A stretch of DNA of 64,000 nt, taken from assembly GCA_965205015.1 (NCBI GenBank), contig OZ242029.1, positions 3,648,001-3,712,000 on the forward strand, given 5' to 3'. The notes beneath the pieces were generated by a model. It was not told the origin of the DNA. It did not search any database and saw only the letters and a list, made by a program, of their open reading frames with translations. The translations under genes were made by a program, and so were the position numbers. Position 1 is the first letter of the stretch. Each line of letters opens with the position of its first letter. Below, piece by piece: positions 37,256-46,200 of the stretch. Origin of the DNA: Candidatus Poribacteria bacterium. Lineage in GTDB: Bacteria > Poribacteria > WGA-4E > WGA-3G.

Positions 37256-38278
37256 TCAGTTTTCAAGGTTCAAGAGGGCCTGTGTAAACTCATCAATATT
37301 TGATGCTCGCGCGGCGACACGATGTAACTGATCCAGACGTTGCAGATCGTCAATCGCCCCAAGAAAAGGCTTGAGTTTCTCTGCGACATCGGTCTGAAAT
37401 CGGACCTCCAGCACTGTGAGTATCGCTTCAACAGCGTGCTGTTTTTTGCCTTGTTCGATGCCTTGTTCGATGCCCTGTTCGATGCCTTGTTCGATGCCCT
37501 GTTTTTTGCCTTGTTCGATGCCTTTCTCAGTAAAGTATTGGATGATAGAAGATTCTTGCACGATGACCTCCGATATTATGTCGCGAATGGTTTGTGAGTC
37601 GTGTGCTAACCCACCAAGAATCGCTAAGTCCGCGAGTGTTTCCTTTTGTTGTGATTCGTCTTCCGTCCCTGCCTCAATCGCCTGCACGCAGTGCCGTATC
37701 CATTCTGGTGCGTCCAGGGAAGTGGGTGGTTTCATTAAGGCTGCGAACGGAACCAACCCTACCCGGTTCGTATTTAGAAGGGTTTGTCCATCCATCTCGG
37801 CGAGTCTAAGCACGCGGTATTGGATACCAATATTATATCCTGACACCTCTTGAACATACAGTCCCGGGTCGGTGTGTCCAGCCCGTGGATGTAGGTAAAC
37901 GACATGCGAATAGATTGGGAGTTTGTAAAATTCTATAGCACTACCGATATAACCCGCCATTCGGAAGGGCATCGGGACCTCCCGACTGTCGTGTGTCTGA
38001 AACTCACAGTGCACAATGGCTTGCGCGTCTCCGGTGGTAATGCGTATAAAACTATCAGCCACGTGTGTTTTCATGGAGAGTTGCTCGGTTTCAATCACTT
38101 GAAACTCGTCTGCTTCTATACCGAGGAGCGTCGTGACGAAACCCTTGGGATCTCTGCGAATCCCGCGTTTTGTGACGTTATCAAACTGTCTGGGCAGGAC
38201 GAGTTTTTGGTCAGGACCGTTCACTTTGGGTTTCTGCCTCCGCGGTGCGTTTAGATTCAGGATGAAGTTTCCTCCCAA
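37256..38278 (-). CDS. Rpn family recombination-promoting nuclease / putative transposase
   Basis: ADS, HCEFQ, MPFRM..Y and G(I/K)(E/K)Q repeats; start codon uncertain. Confidence 0.8.
   Translation of the reverse strand: MGGNFILNLNAPRRQKPKVNGPDQKLVLPRQFDNVTKRGIRRDPKGFVTTLLGIEADEFQVIETEQLSMKTHVADSFIRITTGDAQAIVHCEFQTHDSREVPMPFRMAGYIGSAIEFYKLPIYSHVVYLHPRAGHTDPGLYVQEVSGYNIGIQYRVLRLAEMDGQTLLNTNRVGLVPFAALMKPPTSLDAPEWIRHCVQAIEAGTEDESQQKETLADLAILGGLAHDSQTIRDIISEVIVQESSIIQYFTEKGIEQGKKQGIEQGIEQGIEQGIEQGKKQHAVEAILTVLEVRFQTDVAEKLKPFLGAIDDLQRLDQLHRVAARASNIDEFTQALLNLEN
37439..37522 (-). repeat. Coding tandem repeat, 7 x 12 bp (GIEQ/GKKQ)
   Basis: TGTTCGATGCC(C/T) units inside the Rpn gene. Confidence 0.9.
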
Positions 38279-38677
38279 TTGACTTATTGCAAATTATACA
38301 GCGTTGCGTTGTATTTGTCAATTGCTTTTCGGAGCAGTGTCAATGTCAAGTTCGGATACGTCTATCTCGCCGGAGATGAGTTTGGGGAGGAGAAGGTCGC
38401 GGGTTTGGTGGAGGTTGGCGTTTTTCATTGTTAGGTTTGATAATTCCAAAGAGATTGGTTCGGCAGCTTCCTCAAATTTAGCAACAATTGATTTTGTAGG
38501 CTCCAAGAGTTGAATGCCCAAGAGGTCCGCCTTTGTGATTGCATTGTAAATTGTTCCACTGCCGATCATGTCTTCCTCTTGAAATCTGTCTTTCAATTGC
38601 TCAAGGATAAATGCCTGATCGCTACTTTTGCTACGGATTGCCGAAAGCCCACGACCAATTACTATCTTCTTGTTGGC

Positions 38678-40039
38678 GTCACTTACCCCCATTTTTTTCT
38701 GAAGGTTTGTGGTGAAAGGTTTTAGTTGTAAAAAGTGTGAGAAACTCAGTGGGTTTATGATAAAATACCTCCTTACAGCAACTGTTTGTAAACGCATTTT
38801 ACAAAACATGTAAGGAGGTATTTTATGAAAAAGAGATACCCAAAACGGGTAAATCCAGAAACGATGATAACACGTTTTGGAGAAATCTTCAAGTCTGTTG
38901 GTATGAAAAAACCGGTTTTTCGGAATCTGGTATTGGTCTTGATAGCGATCAGTGTTGCCCCGACGTTTCGGATCAATGAAGTTGCGTCGCGTTTGTCGCT
39001 CGTCGTCAAGCGGGAGAAGTCGAAACAGAAAAGGTTTCTGCGTTTCCTTGACACCCCACTGCCGATTGATGCGCTCAAAGAAGCGTGGTTCGTGTCGGTT
39101 GTGGGTTGGTTTTTCAAGGATGCGGGTGCTCATCTGTATTTGCTCGTTGATGAGACGTCTCTGATTGCCGGGTGGAAAGCCCTTGTTGTTTCGATCCCGT
39201 TTCGGCATCGTGCGATCCCTGTCTTTTGGTTCATCTATAGCGATCACCAGCTTCACGAGGGTATCTATAAGAGTCATAATGAGATTATCCAATACTTCTG
39301 TGTCCATGTTTATCAAGAGGCTTTAGGGGTGGTGTCGCGGCATCAACAACGACCTGTTCTGGTGTTTGACCGTGGTTTTGGGCGTGCGCGATACGTCATC
39401 AAGTTTCTCAAGGCACGGGATATCCCGTTCGTGATGCGTGTTGCGAGAAATGTCGGTATCCGGCATGATGGGAGTCTGAAGAAACTTGATGACCTCGAAG
39501 CGGGCTGGTATCGGCATATCCTTTATCAGGCGCAGGAGCAGATACCGCTTCAACTCTATATCCTCAGAGATGAGACCTTCAAAGACCCGATGTATCTTAT
39601 CTCCAATCGCCTCAGTGGACATCAGATACATCACTGCTACAAACGCCGCATGCAGATTGAACACGGGTTTCGAGATATAAAGTCGTGCTTCGGATTTGGT
39701 AAACTCGTCTTGAAAAAACCGACACAAGCGCGTCTGGAGGTCCTTTGGTTATGTGCCTGCCTCGCTTATGGATTGCTGTTTATCAGTTACGAGAAGGTCG
39801 CCTCTACGCATTGGCAGAGGGCATATAATAGTAATAACAGAAAAACTTTTTCTGTTATTACTATTATCAAACGCGTGCTCACCGACTTATGGAACCAACA
39901 CTTTCTTATCTCCTTTTTCACCGAGATAGGTGCCAGAGGGGATCCACTTTTCGGACCCACTCACTGACTGACTTTCTCACAGAAAAACCTGACTACATCA
40001 ACTACAATCTACTCTCGAAAAAAAATGGGGGTAAGTGAC
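38678..40039 (+). mobile_element. IS4-family insertion sequence, 1362 bp
   Basis: 21-bp perfect TIR GTCACTTACCCCCATTTTTTT; 10-bp target duplication TCTTGTTGGC at 38668-38677 and 40040-40049. Confidence 0.93.
38825..39967 (+). CDS. IS4-family DDE transposase
   Basis: LVDET, FDRGF, Y..R..IE..FRD.K (YREK signature); SD AAGGAGG. Confidence 0.92.
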   Translation: MKKRYPKRVNPETMITRFGEIFKSVGMKKPVFRNLVLVLIAISVAPTFRINEVASRLSLVVKREKSKQKRFLRFLDTPLPIDALKEAWFVSVVGWFFKDAGAHLYLLVDETSLIAGWKALVVSIPFRHRAIPVFWFIYSDHQLHEGIYKSHNEIIQYFCVHVYQEALGVVSRHQQRPVLVFDRGFGRARYVIKFLKARDIPFVMRVARNVGIRHDGSLKKLDDLEAGWYRHILYQAQEQIPLQLYILRDETFKDPMYLISNRLSGHQIHHCYKRRMQIEHGFRDIKSCFGFGKLVLKKPTQARLEVLWLCACLAYGLLFISYEKVASTHWQRAYNSNNRKTFSVITIIKRVLTDLWNQHFLISFFTEIGARGDPLFGPTH

Positions 40040-40878
40040 TCTTGTTGGCAAGGTTAATTCGTCCAACAGGCGCGCGAACGCTAAATAGTATATCCCCTAT
40101 CTCTGCGATACGTTTCTGAACAGTGCAGTAGACTCTATCTGTTGGAAATCTTTGCCCAAAGTCTGTAACGCCTTGATGAAAAGGTAAACCTTCACCTATT
40201 TCATTGTAGAATTCAGACTTTGGTGACTGTCCCATGAGCACATTACACATTTCACCAAGCCGTTTTACCTTTCATTCCCGCGGTATCGGTCCTAATTCTG
40301 ATTCCCCCGTCGGGACGTTCTCATGTCCGGGGAATCGGAGGTGGACGAACCATTCTCGGTAGAGGGTCTGTGCCATGTCCTCAAGGATTTTGATGCGGCG
40401 GGTGTTGTTTTCGATGAGGTCGTCGTAGGTGGAGAGGATGGCTGCGATTTTGCGCTGAGTTGGGAGCGAGACAGCTGGAACAGGAATATCTTCAACCGAT
40501 GACAATATAGCTCGTTGGCGCCCTGATGCCCCTGTCATGCTCTTTACAGCAGGATTCCGAATTATAGCACTCAAAGCCAAGTAAAACACATAAGTTGGGT
40601 CTGATACATTGGGCTTACCACGAAAGATGAAAAACTCGGTTGATCCGTAACAAGACTCATTACTCGCGTGTTTGTATCGGGCAATCTTGCCATTTTCTAA
40701 ACAAGGCGTAATACGTGCAAAAAGTGTATCGCCAGATTGAAATCGTGAGCCGCCACCTTTGTAGGCCCGTTTCTTCTGCGGATAAACAAACGCATTGCCT
40801 GGAGTGACATCCGCCATTTCAACGTACGGATATTCTTTACCTTTCTCTAACCGGATACTTGGATTGACCTCAACAAAA

Positions 40879-41067
40879 TCACCGAAACGAATCGTGTCTC
40901 TCATCACGTCTACTCTTTTGTTGTGATTTCAGATTGACCTGAAACTCAACTTCGTGGGTTTCGTCCCAATAATCGGCGAGGTTATGTGTATCCCAAAACT
41001 CGCTGATTTGCTCTGGGGTTGCATCGGGAGGCGGCATTGGATCCCGCTTTTTATCTGCTTTTTTCAT
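40879..41067 (-). CDS. CopG/BrnA-like antitoxin, probably C-terminally truncated
   Basis: EFWDTH.L.DY motif; overlaps the BrnT remnant. Confidence 0.6.
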   Translation of the reverse strand: MKKADKKRDPMPPPDATPEQISEFWDTHNLADYWDETHEVEFQVNLKSQQKSRRDERHDSFR

Positions 41068-41236
41068 AATTTCTTCGCTCCGTTCTGCTCATATCTCTGG
41101 CACTGATAACCAATGCGCGGTGATGTGTCTTTAGGATAAAAATAACGATGAGATAACGTCCTGTGTCTGTTTGTCCCATAGCTGAGTAAACATTTTCGCC
41201 AGGGCGGTTTCCTTACGCTCTCTTCCAAAATGAAGG
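41051..41236 (-). pseudogene. BrnT-family toxin remnant (C-terminal half)
   Basis: [21 protein letters not shown]...[14 protein letters not shown]; no start codon and an in-frame TAA just upstream. Confidence 0.7.
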
Positions 41237-41243
41237 AACATCA

Positions 41244-41573
41244 TTAGGTCACAAAAACTCGCTGGTGACTTATTGTTCCATCCGAAGGCGTAATGTAAAT
41301 TTCAACGTTACGATTTAGTTTCTTCACGATCATTAGCAACCGCTCCACAGTAAAATCTGTAAAATCCATTTTCTTGAGGCGAGACACATCACTCGGATCG
41401 AGTCCAAAGCGTGCTTCTGCTTTTGATGGCGTTAGTTTTAGTTGATCGAGAAGACGGTGGATTGCAAAGGCGAGGTCTACTCTTAACTGATGGTATTCCG
41501 CTTCTTCCTCAGAGAAACCGATGTCTAAAAAGACATTGCCAGAACTTTCCGTAACCTTTATTTCTTCACTCAT
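41244..41573 (-). CDS. XRE/HigA-like HTH antitoxin
   Basis: SSGNVF.D.G N-terminus, HTH, F..ERL; no toxin gene upstream. Confidence 0.8.
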   Translation of the reverse strand: MSEEIKVTESSGNVFLDIGFSEEEAEYHQLRVDLAFAIHRLLDQLKLTPSKAEARFGLDPSDVSRLKKMDFTDFTVERLLMIVKKLNRNVEIYITPSDGTISHQRVFVT

Positions 41574-41633
41574 TTTTTGCCTCCATTTCACATCTTTCAT
41601 CGCTTGGTCCACAGTTCTATCCTATTGTTGACA

Positions 41634-43199
41634 TTATATCCTATCCTCCAAGATTTTTACAACATTTTCAGCAATGCGTTCCTCTAACTGATGTGCTTCT
41701 GCGTTCAGGACTTCCAATTCCTCGTTGAGTTCGCCAAACCGTTCTGCAAAGTCGAAATCATCAGGTGTCTGTTCAGCGACTCCGACGTAACGCCCAGGAT
41801 TGAGACTCCATCCTTGTGCCTCAATCTCAGCAAGAGTCGCCACCTTGCAAAGTCCCGGAACGTCAACGTATTCTGTCTCGGGGAATTTTGTGGCGAGGAA
41901 ATCCGCGCTGTCGTGTTGGTCTTCAGGGCCTTCTCCGCGATAGAGTCTCACAATGTTCGCCAGGAATTCGAGTTGCAAGGGTGTGAATTCCCGATGTGCG
42001 CGACTCACCTGTTGATAGAGATGGCGTGCGTCTATAAACAAAACTTTATCGTGCCTATCGCTGTCCCGTTTGGATTTGTCAAAGAACCAGAGGGTGCAGG
42101 GCAGGGTGACGGTATAGAAAAAATTTGAGGCGATACTGACAACGACATCAACAGCTCCCTCTTTGATAATCTCGGTTCGGACTTCCAGTTCAGAGGCACG
42201 GGCATCGGCGGCGGAGTTCGCCATCACAAAGCCTGCACGTCCAGTCTCAGAAAGAGAACTATAGAAGAGTTGAATCCAGAGGTAATTGGCATTGTCAACG
42301 CGAGGGATACCGAAGGGAAATCGAGGGTCGTCTTTGATACGTTCTCTATCCACGCGATCTACATTGAAAGGTGGATTTGCCATGACGAAGTCAAACTTGC
42401 CAAGGCAATTATGTGGATCTTCGTAGTAACTGTTGGCTTGTCTAACATCGCCTTCAAGTCCATGCACGGCAAGATTCATTTTACACAATCTAATCGTTTC
42501 GGCGACGCGTTCCACGCCGTGGATACTGATGTGCCCTTGATTTCCATTGCTCTGGTGGTTGCGAATAAATTCAGCACTCTGGACGAACATGCCGCCAGAG
42601 CCACACGCAGGGTCGAGGATACGCCCGTGAAAGGGTTGAAGGATTTCGACGATGAGTTTAACGAGGGAGGTAGGCGTGAAGAACTCACCGCCGCGTTGCC
42701 CCTCACTCATGGCGAAGTTGCCGAGAAAGTACTCGTATACCTTTCCAAAAGCATCACCTTCAATGTCCATAGGGATCTGTTCCATGATGCGGAGAAGTTC
42801 AAGGAGCGTATTCTTTTCAAGGCGGTTGTAAGTCTTGGGGAGGATTCCCGCAACCTGTGGATTTTCTGTTTCAATTGCCTTCATCGCATCAGTGACGGCT
42901 TGCCCGATGTTTTCGCTCTCTGGTAAACTGAGGAGGTGTTGGAAACGGGCATTGTCCGGTAGATAAAACACGCCACGCGCTTGGTATTGTGTTCTTGGGT
43001 CGGTCCACCTGCGCCTGCTCGTAGAGGCTTCGCTATTGATTTCTTGCTCGGCTTGCGTAAATTTATGATCGGCGTATCTTAGGAAGATAAGCCCAAGCAC
43101 AGGCGTTGAATATTCTGAAGCCCGAAGACGTGAATTAGCTCTGAGTTCATCGGCGGCACTCCAGAGGCGGTTTTCGATTTCCGCAAGGTTGGTGTCCAT
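41634..43199 (-). CDS. hsdM: Type I RM N6-adenine methyltransferase
   Basis: [33 protein letters not shown]; frame intact. Confidence 0.95.
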   Translation of the reverse strand: MDTNLAEIENRLWSAADELRANSRLRASEYSTPVLGLIFLRYADHKFTQAEQEINSEASTSRRRWTDPRTQYQARGVFYLPDNARFQHLLSLPESENIGQAVTDAMKAIETENPQVAGILPKTYNRLEKNTLLELLRIMEQIPMDIEGDAFGKVYEYFLGNFAMSEGQRGGEFFTPTSLVKLIVEILQPFHGRILDPACGSGGMFVQSAEFIRNHQSNGNQGHISIHGVERVAETIRLCKMNLAVHGLEGDVRQANSYYEDPHNCLGKFDFVMANPPFNVDRVDRERIKDDPRFPFGIPRVDNANYLWIQLFYSSLSETGRAGFVMANSAADARASELEVRTEIIKEGAVDVVVSIASNFFYTVTLPCTLWFFDKSKRDSDRHDKVLFIDARHLYQQVSRAHREFTPLQLEFLANIVRLYRGEGPEDQHDSADFLATKFPETEYVDVPGLCKVATLAEIEAQGWSLNPGRYVGVAEQTPDDFDFAERFGELNEELEVLNAEAHQLEERIAENVVKILEDRI

Positions 43200-43220
43200 A
43201 ATGTTCCGTTTCCGTAGTGT

Positions 43221-43283
43221 TTTGTAGCGCAAACTTTTTAGTTTGCGGACACATCTGCACAATCTAACAGATTATGCTACAAA
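43221..43283. repeat. GTAG-type palindromic element
   Basis: TTTGTAGC...GCTACAAA inverted ends with an internal CGCAAACT...AGTTTGCG hairpin. Confidence 0.55.
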
Positions 43284-43296
43284 GGAGCAAATTAGG

Positions 43297-46200
43297 TTAG
43301 AAGTAAGATCTGCCGAGTGAGTTTCCGACACCGAATGCGTTGTAAGGCGCGCCAGCGGGTAAGGTGCGGAGTCCCCACGTTTCAGTCGTTGCGTCGTAAC
43401 CGACACCCATCGAAACCGCAGGCTCCTGAATCAGATTCACTTGGAACGTGAAGTCCTGACGGACACTGTTGTAGGCTGAGGGTACATTATCGCGCTGAAT
43501 ACCGACACGGTTCCAAGAGATACGGAGGTTCCAATCGTGGAGGTTACGCGTCATACTCACGCGTTGTGAATAAAATTGTCCGTCAATCGGATAATAGATA
43601 AGGCTCACGTCGAATTCAAGGTCTTGGCTAAAGCGGTAGCGTCCAGTGGCGGTAATAGATCGAGATGCTCGTCTGGAGGTATGCCGCTTGCTGAAAGAGT
43701 TACCGATACTGACGTTCCAAGAGGGTCGGGTATAGCGGATGTTGGTACGGAACCCGACCATTTTGAATTGTTTTCCATCATCGGGATGTGGATTGGGATC
43801 GTGTGTGAATCGGACGGTCATGTTGAGGTTCCGACTCGGGAGCGGGACGAATGTGAAATCGCTCTCAATGGGTTCATACTTCCGCCTATACAAGGGATCG
43901 AAATCCGTGAAATCGGCAGTGAGTCGGGTATCAAAATAGAAGATACGGTGTGCCGACTGGCTCCGTCGGGTCTTGATCTCAAAGTTTGTGTTGAAGTTAT
44001 AGGTGAGCCTTTTCCGTTCATAGAAATAGGTGCTGGGACCGAAAGGATAAAGGTTCTCGTCTTCATCAACAGCAGGTTGATAATTGAATCGGAGTGAGGA
44101 TTGGATTTCGTGTCTCAACTTTCGGAGCCCAGGGATATAACCGACGTTGAAGACTCGGAAGAGTGTGTTCGTGGCGGATCCATTAAAACTGTAAACGCCT
44201 TTTACGATGTTCCTATTTTTCTCCTGGTCTTGGTCGTGCCAGATCATGTTTGTATTGAGATCGAGGCTCATTTGGAGTTCCCGCAAGGGGGTAATCAGGA
44301 GCGTTGACTGCTTACGGATATCGAATCCGAGGTCTACCGTCTGTAGATATACATCTCTCTCCTCTACTTTACCCTTATAGACTTCTCTAAAAAAGTTACC
44401 GAGTTCAATATCCAAGTCGAAACTTGTGCTTTCAAGCGTCGGAACGGTGAAAAGTGAGAGAAAAGGTGTCTCTGTTCTGAATTTTTCAGCAACACTTTCC
44501 ATACGATCATTAAGGCTCCCAAGGAGAGGGAGTGCACTCATACGCATTCGCGAGAAATTCAGCGTAAATTGTGGCAGTTTCTGTAGCGAGGTTGTGCCTT
44601 CACCCGTGAAATCGTGAACGTGTCGGACTTCAAGTCTACCGGTAATATCTCCGATTGTTTCCCGCGAGAATGTGAGGTTGCCATTTTCGTCGCGATCCCT
44701 GTCGGACACGGTAGACAAACCGGTGCCGTAGGTGAGTATTGAGAAAGTGTTAAGCCTGGATTCTCCGGGAAGTTTTAGTTCTTCCTTGAAATTACGGGCT
44801 TGCAATTCTGTTCTACCCGTGAAATTGATAGGACGTCTCCCCTCTTCACGACTGTCCCACGGCGTATAGAAAGATTGTGTATGCCCCCATCGCATGATCC
44901 ACCGTCTACCGATCCGTGTCGCGTTCTGGCGTTCGTAAGAGTAGCGGTCTGCACCGTAGAAGTAAATATCGCCTCGATAGGTCCTCTTTTTGTCGACTTT
45001 GATGAGCCGGAAGGACTTTTTGGTTTGAATAGGACGGCTGCTATATTCACCTGCGTATAGCCTTTGGGCATCTGAAGCGACGGCACTCGGATCCTCCCAC
45101 CGTCCCCGAAAACCGTGTTTCCGATAGACTTTCAGTTCTTCCTCCTCGTCCTCGGCATCTTCTTCAGCATCGGCGTCTGCTTCATCCTCAGCATCTGCTT
45201 CAGCATCGGCGTCTGTGGACGCTGCATCGTCATCGGACGGATCGGGAGTCGTTTCGCCTTCTGCTTCGCTTTCTGATTCGTCCGGCTCTACGGTTTGGTC
45301 TTTATCGGTATCATCTTCGCCCCGCTCTACGCTCTGATTTTCATCGGTATCGCTTTGTGAGGGCGAGGGAACCTCGGCCCTACGCGGCGGCTCTGGTGTG
45401 GGGGCTACAGTGTCAGGTTCTTGTGTCTGTACTTCTTCAGTTGTATCTTGCGATTCATCGCCTTCCTCTATATCTTGTGCTTCACCGCCTTCCTCTATAT
45501 CTTGGGACTCACCCTCTTCCCCGGTTTCTTCCGGTTTAGGATTCATCACATCTTCGTAGAAAGCGTCCCATTCCGCTTCAAACTGTTCAGCGAGTGCCTC
45601 AAAGGTTGGGGTCTCCTCCTTTTCAATCAATTGGAAAATGTAGAGACCTTCAGGCATGGTGATAGGTCTCCGTTCGATAACATCCCCGGGATTCTCTAAT
45701 CGCCTCACTGCGGAACGCCACGAGGATTCCATTTCATTTAGGAGTAAACCTTTCCCTTCATTCGGTTCGGATAAGGTCGGTTCGGCAATGTCTGCGAATT
45801 GATCAGGCACGTGTATCAGTTGTTCAAAAGGCTCACCTTCTTGGGCACGTTTGAGCATGTCATCTGCTAATTCGCGTAGGACGTATTCCGTATCTTCACT
45901 GGCGGTAATAGCGATGTCAATGCGGCGGACTTTAATTTCACGTTCGCCGTAGACATCAACAACGCGATCGGCTTTAAGGATGTGGAAGGCAGACTCGGTT
46001 TGGACGATAGGGCTAATTTCGCCCTCTTGTAGTGCGAACGCGGCTTCCTCTAAAACGGGGTCAAGTTTGGGTTTACCGTCCTCATCAACTTCACCGGGAA
46101 CGAGGAATCCCAGGTCGCCGCCATCGTAACGGGTGTCGAAATGGTCAGAATTGCTCTGTGCGATTTCTGCGAAGTCAGCCCCCTCTTCTTGGAGCTGCCC

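Larger units (their letters stand above)
38318..40907 (-). pseudogene. hsdS: Type I RM specificity subunit, inactivated by a nonsense codon and an IS insertion
   Basis: TRD1, QRKIA.ILS, then IPRE*KVKRLG (TGA at 40272-40274 where Trp is expected). TRD2 is split by the IS and rejoins as INLANK-KIVIGRG; C-terminal RDLLLPKLISGEI. Confidence 0.9.

Noticed and set aside
38318-39316. 332-aa minus-strand ORF as a gene
   Set aside because: It is a chimera of antisense IS sequence and the hsdS C-terminal remnant.
40272-40274. TGA read as Trp (alternative genetic code) or programmed readthrough
   Set aside because: Many intact genes here end in TGA and use TGG for Trp; the same gene is also IS-disrupted, so simple decay explains it.
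32599-43283. Prophage or integrative element
   Set aside because: No integrase, tRNA target, or phage or conjugation genes; treated as a defence island instead.
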